This document shows, one piece after another, positions 17,706 to 26,204 of a stretch of 64,000 nucleotides of DNA. How positions within the stretch are numbered: the first letter of the stretch is position 1; each line of letters opens with the position of its first letter. The stretch is from an uncultured Fimbriimonadaceae bacterium (lineage in GTDB: Bacteria > Armatimonadota > Fimbriimonadia > Fimbriimonadales > Fimbriimonadaceae), in NCBI GenBank assembly GCA_964451255.1, contig CAYVHL010000001.1:1161252-1225251 (forward strand), written 5' to 3'. The notes beneath the pieces were generated by a model. The model was not told the origin of the DNA. It was given only the letters and a program-made list of their open reading frames with translations, and searched no databases. The position numbers and the translations under genes are program-made.

Positions 17706-18275
17706 ATGAACAGGACTCTGCCCGTTTTAGCGATCGTCGCCATCGCCGCCGCCAGCCAAGCGTTTACAGTCGCTTCCTTCCAGGATCCGACCATCGGTCA
17801 ATCGAACCTGGTCGTGTTCACGCTTTCCGGAGGCAGCCTCAGTGCCGGTTACACCGGCATTGAGCTCAACGTCCTTGGCACAAACTATTCGAACGTGACG
17901 ATGACGATCACCCCTGTCACGATCAGCGGCAGCGGCCCGGTCTACAACGTCGCCGCCGGATCGGCGGTCTTCAGCACCGGCTCCGATTCGAACGTGCTGA
18001 CGATCACGTGGGACGGAGCGAGCCTGGTTGAGCCTTTCTCCTTGGGCGGCAGCTTCGCGGCCGCGCAGACGGTCACGTTCAGCGGCTCCAGCGTCCCTGC
18101 CGCCGCCGCGACCTGGACGTCCAGGCAGTTTGCCTTCTCCTTTGCCAATCAGCAGACCGGCCCGAACGGCACTACCTACTCGGCGTCGATGACATCTTCC
18201 GCGGTGCCTGAGCCAGCCACGATCGCCGTCTTGGCCATGAGCATCGTCGGCCTCGTGGCCCGCCGCCGTAAGTAA
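17706..18275 (+). CDS. PEP-CTERM sorting-domain protein
   Basis: 189 aa. Signal peptide, Ser/Thr/Gly-rich body, and C-terminal VPEPATIAVLAMSIVGLVARRRK. Confidence 0.8.
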   Translation: MNRTLPVLAIVAIAAASQAFTVASFQDPTIGQSNLVVFTLSGGSLSAGYTGIELNVLGTNYSNVTMTITPVTISGSGPVYNVAAGSAVFSTGSDSNVLTITWDGASLVEPFSLGGSFAAAQTVTFSGSSVPAAAATWTSRQFAFSFANQQTGPNGTTYSASMTSSAVPEPATIAVLAMSIVGLVARRRK

Positions 18276-18296
18276 GGCTGGGCGGAGAATTTCCTC

Positions 18297-18330
18297 AAGT
18301 CGGCCGGTGGTTTTCGCCACCGGCCGACTT
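18297..18330 (+). terminator. intrinsic-terminator-like hairpin after the PEP-CTERM gene
   Basis: Perfect 14-bp stem AAGTCGGCCGGTGG / CCACCGGCCGACTT with loop TTTTCG, followed by GCCTTTGT. Confidence 0.6.
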
Positions 18331-18349
18331 GCCTTTGTATACTGCCCCC

Positions 18350-20758
18350 ATGCTTCGGGCGGCGTTCTTCACGGCCCTCTTGGCGGTGCTGGTGGCCCTT
18401 GCCGGCGCGCAGAGTGGCGTGACGACCATCCGCATGATGGCCAAGACCTGGGCCATACCATCGCCGAACGCCAGCGACCCGCGGTCGGTGGCCCGAAGGG
18501 CGATCTTTGACGAGTTCCACCGGCTGAACCCGGACGTGGAGGTTGTCAACGCCGGTGGCCTTGAGCTCCCGTCCGACACCTCTGAAGTCGGGCTCTTCAT
18601 GTCCATGGCCGGCGACACCGCCCCGGACATCTTTTACGTCAACTTCCGGCAGTACTACAACTACATCGACCAAGGATTCTGCCTGCCCCTGGACCAGTTC
18701 CTCAAGGGTGACAACGACGTCATGCGCCGTATCAACCCTGAGGTGCTCAAAGTCCTCAAGAGTTACGACGGACACATCTACTCCGTCCCCTTCTACCAAG
18801 TCGCCCAGGCCCTCTACTACCGCCGGGACCACTTCATTGACGCTGGGTTGGACCCCGACCGTCCGCCCAAGGACTGGGACGAGTTCTTGGAGTACGGGCG
18901 CAAACTCACGGAGAGCAAGCCGGGACGGAATGGGTTCGCGTTCGGCACGTCGGCGCAGAGCCAAGCGTATTGGTGGGTCAACTTTCTGTGGCAGGCTGGC
19001 GGGGACGTGGCCCTGCCGTCGCCTTCCGGTGTGTGGCGGTCAGTCATCGCGACGCCTCAAGGCGCGACGGCGCTTGACTATTTCCGTCGCTTGACCACCG
19101 AGACCTGGAAGGGTGCGGACGGGCTGAAACACGGCCCCATCAGCCGAATGACCGCCGACCTGGCGGGGGACATCAGTGCGGGCAAGATCAGCATGTGGTT
19201 CAGCTACACCGGCGACGTCGTCCTGAACCAGAGCGACATCCCGGCGAGCCTGATTGGCATCGCCCAGATGCCCTCTGGGCCTGCCGGACACGCCAACGAG
19301 GTCAACGCCGGCATGTGGGCGATCAACTCGGGCGTCAAAGACCCCAAGAAACTCGACGCCTGCTGGAGGTTCATCCACTTCTGGGCCAGCCAACAGGCGG
19401 CCAAGATCTCAGCGGAGAGGTTCATCGATGCGGGTCTCGCCAAGTTTGTCAACCCGGCTGTGTTGGAGGAGATGGGCCGTCACGACCTGGCCACCCAGGT
19501 TGACCCGAACTACATCAAGGCGAACGACGAACTGTTCAAGACTGGGCACCCAGAGCCGTACGGCCACAACTGCCAACAGGTCTACTCCGTGCTCGACAAC
19601 GCCTTGGAGCGCGCGCGGCACGAAGACACCCCTGCCATCAAGATCTTGCGGGACGTCCAGGCGGAAATGGACCGCAAGCTACTCGGCTACACGCCACCGG
19701 AAGTGCTCGCCCGCCAACGAGGATGGGCCACCGGGATACTCGGCGTCCTCGTCCTGCTCGTCGTCTGGATATCGGTCGTCGCGTGGAAGAGGGCGCGGCA
19801 CAGCCTTAGCCAAGTCGAGGACCGACTTGCCGCTGGCACTGACCGCCGACGCGTCGCCAGGTTTCTGTTTTGGTGCCTCTTGCCAGCGGCCGGAAGTGTT
19901 TTGGTCTGGGCCTACATCCCATTGTTTCGAGGCCTGGTGATCGCCTTCCAAGACTTCAAGATCATCAAGGGCAGCCATTGGGTGGGGCTCGACAACTTCA
20001 TCGAAGTCTTCACCCAGCCGATTTTCTACCGGTCTGTGGTGAACAGTCTTGTCTTTGTCACCCTCTCTGTCGGGATCGGGTTCTTGCTCCCCATCTTCCT
20101 CGCCGTCGCCCTCAACGAGATCCCACGGTTCAAGGTGCTGTTCCGGACCCTTTACTTCCTGCCCGCCATGACGAGCTCGGTGGTGGTCGCATTCCTATGG
20201 CGGCAGATCTATGACCGCGGCCCGACGGGCCTGCTGAACTCGCTCCTTGATCCGCTCGTCGCAGTGTGGGACCGGATGGCCGGCGTCCAGCACGTGCCCA
20301 TGGCAGTGGACTGGCTAGGCGATCCCAAGCTGGCGATGTTCGCCGTCGTCCTGCCCGGAATCTGGGCGGGAGCCGGGCCGGGTTCGATCCTGTACCTTGC
20401 CGCACTCAAGAACGTTCCAGAGGAACGCTACGAGGCAGCCGATCTCGACGGCGCCGGTTGGATGCAGAAGCTCTTCAAGATAACCTTTCCCGGCTTGCGC
20501 CCCCTTATCCTGATCAACCTTCTTGGCGCGGTCATCGCCGGGTTCAAGGCGATGGAGAGCATCTTTATCCTCACCGGCGGCGGCCCCGTCTACGCCACCC
20601 ACGTGCTCGGGCTCGAGATCTGGACGAACGCCTTCCAGTTCTTGAAGTTTGGCTACGCGACCGCCGCCGCGTGGGTCATGGGGGCGATGCTCATCGGCTT
20701 CACCCTGCTCCAGATGAAGACCCTCACGAGCATGAAGTTCACGGCCGGAAAGGGCTAG
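18350..20758 (+). CDS. fused ABC-transporter solute-binding protein (family 1, sugar type) and MalF/UgpA-type permease
   Basis: ORF 18329..20758. I prefer the ATG at 18350 (MLRAAFFTALLAVLVALAGAQSG signal peptide). An SBP domain of about 440 aa is followed by an extra TM helix (GILGVLVLLVVWISVVAW), then a 6-TM permease with EAA loop YEAADLDGAGWMQKLFKITFPGLRP. Confidence 0.85.
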   Translation: MLRAAFFTALLAVLVALAGAQSGVTTIRMMAKTWAIPSPNASDPRSVARRAIFDEFHRLNPDVEVVNAGGLELPSDTSEVGLFMSMAGDTAPDIFYVNFRQYYNYIDQGFCLPLDQFLKGDNDVMRRINPEVLKVLKSYDGHIYSVPFYQVAQALYYRRDHFIDAGLDPDRPPKDWDEFLEYGRKLTESKPGRNGFAFGTSAQSQAYWWVNFLWQAGGDVALPSPSGVWRSVIATPQGATALDYFRRLTTETWKGADGLKHGPISRMTADLAGDISAGKISMWFSYTGDVVLNQSDIPASLIGIAQMPSGPAGHANEVNAGMWAINSGVKDPKKLDACWRFIHFWASQQAAKISAERFIDAGLAKFVNPAVLEEMGRHDLATQVDPNYIKANDELFKTGHPEPYGHNCQQVYSVLDNALERARHEDTPAIKILRDVQAEMDRKLLGYTPPEVLARQRGWATGILGVLVLLVVWISVVAWKRARHSLSQVEDRLAAGTDRRRVARFLFWCLLPAAGSVLVWAYIPLFRGLVIAFQDFKIIKGSHWVGLDNFIEVFTQPIFYRSVVNSLVFVTLSVGIGFLLPIFLAVALNEIPRFKVLFRTLYFLPAMTSSVVVAFLWRQIYDRGPTGLLNSLLDPLVAVWDRMAGVQHVPMAVDWLGDPKLAMFAVVLPGIWAGAGPGSILYLAALKNVPEERYEAADLDGAGWMQKLFKITFPGLRPLILINLLGAVIAGFKAMESIFILTGGGPVYATHVLGLEIWTNAFQFLKFGYATAAAWVMGAMLIGFTLLQMKTLTSMKFTAGKG

Positions 20759-20760
20759 GC

Positions 20761-21516
20761 TCAGAGGTCAGAGGGTGCCAGGACGCCTTTGGCATTTCCC
20801 ATGGCCGTTAGGACGGTCTTGCCCGGCAACTTCTTTGCCGAGCCGTCCAACATGCCGACTACGCGCCTCGAATCCGTCTCCCAGTCCCTTTCGTCAAAGA
20901 ACAGCAGGGTCAGGCTTGGTTGACCCTGCTTGTTCTCGTCGGCTCCCGCGAGAAACGTGTTGCCCAAAATCGTGCTTGATCGGGGGTTGAGGCTGAGAAA
21001 CGCCTCTCCCGGCTTCTCCTCGCCAGCCAAATACGGCTGCAGGTAAGGCGCGGCTGCCTGGGCCGTGTCGAGGACCGGGGGTAGCGCGTCGTCGTGCTCG
21101 GCCGCGTACGTGATGGTGGCGGTTGTCAGTTGTCGCATCCTCACCATCGTCCGTGTTTGCTGGGCGGCCACCCTTGCTTGGCTGAAGACGGGGAACAAAA
21201 AGGCGGCAATGACGCCGATACCGCACAAGCAGAGGCCGCCGATCGTTACGAGGACGATCAGGGCGGTCCGGTTGCTGTTGCGATGGTCACCCGCGCTGGG
21301 CGGCGGGACGTGCGCGAACTTGTCGTCTCTAGGGGGTGGTGGGGCCGAATAGGGGAACAGGCCGCCGATGGATCCGGCCGTCACCGCGTCGCCGCCTTCT
21401 TCGGGTTCAAGCAAGGTGCCTGGGTTGATGTCGCCCTTGTCGGCAAGGCCCTTGAGGCCTTCCAATGTGAACGGCCCTTCCTTTGCTCCCCCCTCACTGA
21501 TCACGAAGTAGCGCAT
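20761..21516 (-). CDS. chimeric protein: N-terminal GYF_2-like domain, TM helix, C-terminal DUF1559/pseudopilin-like domain
   Basis: ORF 20761..21558 trimmed to the ATG at 21516 (MRYFVISEGGAKEGPFTLEGLKGLADKGDINPGTLL). It then has a Pro-rich linker and TM helix ALIVLVTIGGLCLCGIGVIAAFLFPVFSQAR, and a C-terminal motif VVGMLDGSAKKL. Confidence 0.75.
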   Translation of the reverse strand: MRYFVISEGGAKEGPFTLEGLKGLADKGDINPGTLLEPEEGGDAVTAGSIGGLFPYSAPPPPRDDKFAHVPPPSAGDHRNSNRTALIVLVTIGGLCLCGIGVIAAFLFPVFSQARVAAQQTRTMVRMRQLTTATITYAAEHDDALPPVLDTAQAAAPYLQPYLAGEEKPGEAFLSLNPRSSTILGNTFLAGADENKQGQPSLTLLFFDERDWETDSRRVVGMLDGSAKKLPGKTVLTAMGNAKGVLAPSDL

Positions 21517-21578
21517 CGTTGCCACAAGGATAGCGGAAAGACAAGACGCCCACGCCACACTTTCGCCGGGGTAGCTTC

Positions 21579-23984
21579 ATGCCCATGCCGGAACGGATCT
21601 TGGTGGCCGCGGTCGGCATGGAGAGCCGGGTCGCGGGCTCGGAAGCGGTCTACACCTACACCGCCCGCCCAGGCCTCAAAGTGGGCGACGCCCACCTCGT
21701 CTCGCTGGGGCCGCGCCGGGTCGTGGGCTACATCCTTGACATCTACGAAACATCACCCGAGGATCTTGGTTTTGACCCCGCCCAACTGAAGCCGGTCGGA
21801 CCCCAGGTGCGGGGCATGGAGTTGCCCGAGCCGACCCTCGAACTAGTCAGAGAGGTCGCCCGGCAGACATTGTCTTCTTTGCCGTCCGCCCTTGGCCCTG
21901 CGGTGCCCCCAGGTACCCGCGACCGCCTGGTTGCGACGTGGGAATGGACGGGGAGGATCCCGGAAGAACAGGCGTCTGCCGCCCTGTCTGAGACGCTGCG
22001 GGTTCTGCAGGAGGGCGCAGTGGTGGACACGAAGGCCAAGCCTCTACCGGACGCGACCAAGAGGCACCTGCGCCAATTGGAGAAGATGGGTCTCGCCCGG
22101 GCCGTCATGGCGTTGGCTCCGGCAATAGCAAGGCGGGGAGCGCAGGGCAACTTCCGGCTGACTCCCGACCTAGAGAAGGTCGAACGGTTTCTGTCCGGCC
22201 CGGGCCGCCGCCGGCCGGCCCAATCGATCACCCTCATGCGCCTACAGGGCAGCGAAGCCGCCAGTTTCTCGACGCAGGAGATCAAGACGCTTGGGGGCGG
22301 GACTGACCAAACGGTCAAAGCCCTGGTGGACGCTGGACTGCTCGAACAAGTGGTCGAGGCGCAAAGGCCCGTCAAGCCGCCGACGCCGAACTCCGAACAA
22401 CTGACGGCTATCGCCGCCGTGTCCAGGTCGGTCGCTGACGGGTTGCCTGACACCTTCCTCTTGTTCGGCGTCACGGGATCAGGCAAGACGGAGGTCTATC
22501 TGCGTTGCGCCGAAGAGGCCCTCCGACGGGGGCGGCAAGTCCTCTACCTGGTCCCTGAGATCGCGTTGACCGCCCAGGTCATCGCCCACCTGAGGGCCCG
22601 GTTCGGGCCTCGGGTCGCGGTCCTCCACAGCAACATGACGCCCGCCGAGCGTCTCGAGTCTTGGCTTCGGATCCGGAGCGGCGAAGCCCCGGTTGTGTTG
22701 GGAGCGAGGTCGGCGCTTTTCGCCCCGGTCACCGACCTCGGCCTCATCGTGATGGACGAGGAGCACGAGGCGAGCTACAAACAAGAGAGCGCGCCAAGAT
22801 ATCACAGCAAGCGTCTGGCCCAGTGGATGGCCGGGCACCACGGGTGCCCGTTGGTCCTCGGTTCGGCCACGCCGAGCGTCGAGTCATTCTTCGAGGCGCA
22901 AGCCGGGGAGACCAAGCTCATCAGGCTGACCAAGAGGGCGGCCAGCGCGAAGCTGCCGACTGTCCATTTGGTTGATTTGACCGAGACATACCGCGAACAT
23001 CGTGCCTCGGTTTTCGCGCCGCCACTTCACGAGGCCCTTGGCGAGACCTTGGCGAACGGAACCCAAGCGATCCTGTTTCTCAACCGCCGGGCGTACGCGC
23101 CTTTTGTGGTCTGCCGGGACTGCGGCCACCGCTTCATGTGTCCGCGTTGCGCGGTGGCCTTGTCGTTCCACCGCCGTGAGCGCCGTCTGCGTTGCCACCA
23201 TTGCGACTTTGACTCCCCAGCCCCCGACACCTGTCCAGAATGTACGGGAACCAAAGTGTCAGCCTTCGGGGTCGGGGCAGAGAAGGTCGAGGAGGCGGTC
23301 GCCACCCACTTCCCGACCGCGCGTGTCGCCCGTCTCGACCGTGACGTTGCCCGTCGGAAGGGCGCCCTGGAAGAGATCTTCACAAAGTTCCGTGGCCACG
23401 AGATCGACGTGCTTGTCGGCACGCAGATGGTGGCGAAGGGGCTGGACTTCCCCGATGTCACCCTCGTCGGGGTCATCGCCGCCGACATCTCCTTGAACAT
23501 TCCCGACTTTCGTGCCAGCGAGCGGACGTTCCAACTGCTCTCGCAGGTCGCGGGCCGTGCGGGCCGTGGTGTAAAGCCGGGCCGGGTTTACATCCAGACG
23601 CTCAGCCACGACCACCCGGCAGTTGTCGCCGCCCAGAACCACGACTTCGAACCCCTTTACCGGGCCTTGGTCGAAGAACGCCAGAACGCTGGCTACCCTC
23701 CCTTTTGCCGCCTGGTCAACATTGTCTTCACGAGTCCGTCAAGGACGGAGGTGGTACAGCATTCCGCAGTCGCAGCCCAACGTCTGAGGGTCGCCCTGCC
23801 GACCGCCGAGATCCTGGGCCCGGTCGATTGCGCGTTTGAGCGTCTGCACGAGCAGTGGAGACGCCATGTGCTGATCAAGGTGGCATCGGGCAGCGATCTG
23901 AGGCCCATTCAGGGCGCCGTCAACCACATGCCGTCCAATCGAGTCAAGACAGTGGTCGACGTCGACCCCTACAACATGCTTTGA
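21579..23984 (+). CDS. priA: primosomal protein N' (replication restart helicase PriA)
   Basis: 801 aa. Walker A GVTGSGKTEVY, DEEH box (VMDEEHEASYK) and Cys-rich zinc region CRDCGHRFMCPRC...CHHCDF...CPEC. Confidence 0.95.
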   Translation: MPMPERILVAAVGMESRVAGSEAVYTYTARPGLKVGDAHLVSLGPRRVVGYILDIYETSPEDLGFDPAQLKPVGPQVRGMELPEPTLELVREVARQTLSSLPSALGPAVPPGTRDRLVATWEWTGRIPEEQASAALSETLRVLQEGAVVDTKAKPLPDATKRHLRQLEKMGLARAVMALAPAIARRGAQGNFRLTPDLEKVERFLSGPGRRRPAQSITLMRLQGSEAASFSTQEIKTLGGGTDQTVKALVDAGLLEQVVEAQRPVKPPTPNSEQLTAIAAVSRSVADGLPDTFLLFGVTGSGKTEVYLRCAEEALRRGRQVLYLVPEIALTAQVIAHLRARFGPRVAVLHSNMTPAERLESWLRIRSGEAPVVLGARSALFAPVTDLGLIVMDEEHEASYKQESAPRYHSKRLAQWMAGHHGCPLVLGSATPSVESFFEAQAGETKLIRLTKRAASAKLPTVHLVDLTETYREHRASVFAPPLHEALGETLANGTQAILFLNRRAYAPFVVCRDCGHRFMCPRCAVALSFHRRERRLRCHHCDFDSPAPDTCPECTGTKVSAFGVGAEKVEEAVATHFPTARVARLDRDVARRKGALEEIFTKFRGHEIDVLVGTQMVAKGLDFPDVTLVGVIAADISLNIPDFRASERTFQLLSQVAGRAGRGVKPGRVYIQTLSHDHPAVVAAQNHDFEPLYRALVEERQNAGYPPFCRLVNIVFTSPSRTEVVQHSAVAAQRLRVALPTAEILGPVDCAFERLHEQWRRHVLIKVASGSDLRPIQGAVNHMPSNRVKTVVDVDPYNML

Positions 23985-23991
23985 CCCGGTC

Positions 23992-24459
23992 TTACCGACG
24001 CAAGTACTGGGAGAACTGTTCGACGTGGTACATGTCGTGCCCGACGATGGACCATGCCCAGTCGAGGGCCGTGAACTCCCCACGCTCGTTATGCACTGTC
24101 GAACGGCCCCATTCATGAGCTGCCAGACCCTGGCAGTAGGCCAGGGTAGCGGCACGGTTCCTTGCGAACAGTTCCAGCGCCTCGGCCACGTCCCAGTCTT
24201 CATAACGCTGGTCGGCCGCCCGCACCTCCTCGTCGAGGTTCAAGATCTCGGAGCCTGGCTCCTCGACGCATTGTCTAATGCGGCCCAACAGGATCGGCTC
24301 CCAGTCGGCCAGGTGCGCGACCGAGAACCGCAATGTGAAGCGTGACGGATCCAGCGCTGTGTCGTGGAGGGAGGTGGGGATGGTCGACACGATGTTGCGC
24401 ACGGCTTCTGGCGACAGGCGCAGGGCATGAAACAGGTAGTGGAGCCTTCCCATGGCCAC
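23992..24459 (-). CDS. DinB-family (DinB_2) four-helix-bundle protein
   Basis: 155 aa. Conserved His positions including the C-terminal HDMYHVEQ. Convergent with priA. Confidence 0.75.
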   Translation of the reverse strand: MAMGRLHYLFHALRLSPEAVRNIVSTIPTSLHDTALDPSRFTLRFSVAHLADWEPILLGRIRQCVEEPGSEILNLDEEVRAADQRYEDWDVAEALELFARNRAATLAYCQGLAAHEWGRSTVHNERGEFTALDWAWSIVGHDMYHVEQFSQYLRR

Positions 24460-24508
24460 TTCTACCCTTCTTGGCCAGCGAAATGTGTCTGCTTCCAGCC
24501 AGGGGGCC

Positions 24509-25366
24509 TCATGCCCTGCCCAAGATGGCGTCCATCGCGTTCGACGTGTTCTTGGCCCGCACGAGCGGATAGTGCTTGTACAGCGGGATCAGCTCGGCCA
24601 CGACAGGGCCGTCGTATCCGATCTCGGCGATAGCCGCCATCACCGCCGGCCAATCGACGTCGCCCTCCAGCAAATCGACGAACCCTTCGGCCGTCCCGAC
24701 CGCTCGGCGGAAGTCCTTGAAGTGGATGCCGGCCACCCGATGGCCGAGGATTCTGAGCCACTGTTCCGGATACCCATAGGGCAAGATGTTGGCGACGTCC
24801 ACATAGGCGCCAACCGCTTTGTCCCCGATTTCGTCGATCAACCCGGCTACCTCCAAGGGCGACAGGAGGAACTTGTTCCATACATTTTCCAGGCCCATCC
24901 GCACGCCAAAGTCCCCGGCGACCGGCGCGAGGGCGGCCAAACCGTCTCGCGTGTGGCCCATGACATCCTCGTAACTTAGGGCCGGGCGGTCCGGAAGGAA
25001 GAACACGTCCACCGCCCCAGGGATCGTCAGCAACGTCCGGCAACCAAGCCAGTTGGTGATCTGGAGCATCTTGGCCAAGGCCCCCTTCGCGCGAGACCGG
25101 TCGGCCGCCTCCGGGCTCGCCAAGCTATAACCCCAGTAGAGGCCCGACGCCACGCTGGCGACCTTCACTCCGGCCTTCTTTGCCAGTTCCAGCACCGCCG
25201 AGCAATCCGCCTGCGTCGTCTGGAGGCCGAGCACCCCGTCCTCGGAGACACAGACTTCGACCGCTTCGTAACCGTGCTTAGCCGCATAGCCAAAGAAGGA
25301 CTCCAGGGGAAGCGTGGCCTCGAGGCCTCCAGGGTAGGACCAGTAGTTGATCGACTTGAGGAGCAT
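24509..25366 (-). CDS. sugar phosphate isomerase/epimerase (xylose-isomerase-like TIM barrel)
   Basis: 285 aa. Begins MLLKSINYWSYPGG...GYEAVEV... and shows the typical AP_endonuc_2/IolE-like pattern. Confidence 0.85.
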   Translation of the reverse strand: MLLKSINYWSYPGGLEATLPLESFFGYAAKHGYEAVEVCVSEDGVLGLQTTQADCSAVLELAKKAGVKVASVASGLYWGYSLASPEAADRSRAKGALAKMLQITNWLGCRTLLTIPGAVDVFFLPDRPALSYEDVMGHTRDGLAALAPVAGDFGVRMGLENVWNKFLLSPLEVAGLIDEIGDKAVGAYVDVANILPYGYPEQWLRILGHRVAGIHFKDFRRAVGTAEGFVDLLEGDVDWPAVMAAIAEIGYDGPVVAELIPLYKHYPLVRAKNTSNAMDAILGRA

Positions 25367-25451
25367 GGGCCCGTGATACCCGCCTGGCTCATTCCGGGCT
25401 AGGCTCAGGTCAGAAGGGACCGGTCTGTCGTCCGCAAACGATCGACCAGGC

Positions 25452-26135
25452 TCAGGCGGTGGGGATCTCTTGGAAGAACGGGCAGCCCGAACTGTCGATG
25501 TCGGGAGCGTGGGCCAGGTCTAGAGGCTTTGGATGGACGCCCGCTGCCTTCGCCATCTGCTCGTTGATGTCGGAGAGTAGCTTCTTTGAGTATCCGGGGA
25601 ACTGCTTGATGACGATCCCGTCTCTTCCCACCAGCGTCGAGAAGCAAGAGTCCAGCGACCGGTAGGAAGCGTAGACCTTCTTCTCCTTTGAGGTGACCAG
25701 CGGGAAATTGACGTCAAAGTCCATCCGGTATTTGTCCGCGTCAATCCGCTGCATGTCGGTCACACCGAGGATGGTGGCTTTCCCATTGAAGTTCGCCTGG
25801 ATCTGGTTGAAGAACTCTTGCGCCTGCATGGCGCATGGACAACCGTCCTTGATCATGTAGACCAGGACCGGCCCCTTCTCCAGCAGGCTGGAGAGCTTCA
25901 ACTCTTTGCCGTTCGAATCCTTCAAATCGAGTTCCGGAGCCGCCTTGCCAGGGATCGCCAGCACCGCTTTACGCATTTCATCCGTCACCGGGTGCAACGG
26001 GGCGAGGATGGTGGCGAGGTCGTCCGCCTGGGTGTCGCCTTTTGTCCGGTTGCGCCACGAGGCCATCGATAGAGAACCGGCGACCAAGACCGTCGTCGCT
26101 GTCAATATCACCCAGCGCAATGCGCGGACGTTCAT
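25452..26135 (-). CDS. membrane-anchored thioredoxin-fold (redoxin/TlpA-like) protein with atypical CPC motif
   Basis: 227 aa. N-terminal signal anchor. Thioredoxin-fold segment LKDSNGKELKLSSLLEKGPVLVYMIKDGCPCAMQAQEFF. Confidence 0.7.
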   Translation of the reverse strand: MNVRALRWVILTATTVLVAGSLSMASWRNRTKGDTQADDLATILAPLHPVTDEMRKAVLAIPGKAAPELDLKDSNGKELKLSSLLEKGPVLVYMIKDGCPCAMQAQEFFNQIQANFNGKATILGVTDMQRIDADKYRMDFDVNFPLVTSKEKKVYASYRSLDSCFSTLVGRDGIVIKQFPGYSKKLLSDINEQMAKAAGVHPKPLDLAHAPDIDSSGCPFFQEIPTA

Positions 26136-26204
26136 AGCACGAGTCTATTCGAGCCGGAGGCCAACCCCGGGGACCCGAGTTCGGCCTAAGTACAATATGA
26201 ACCA

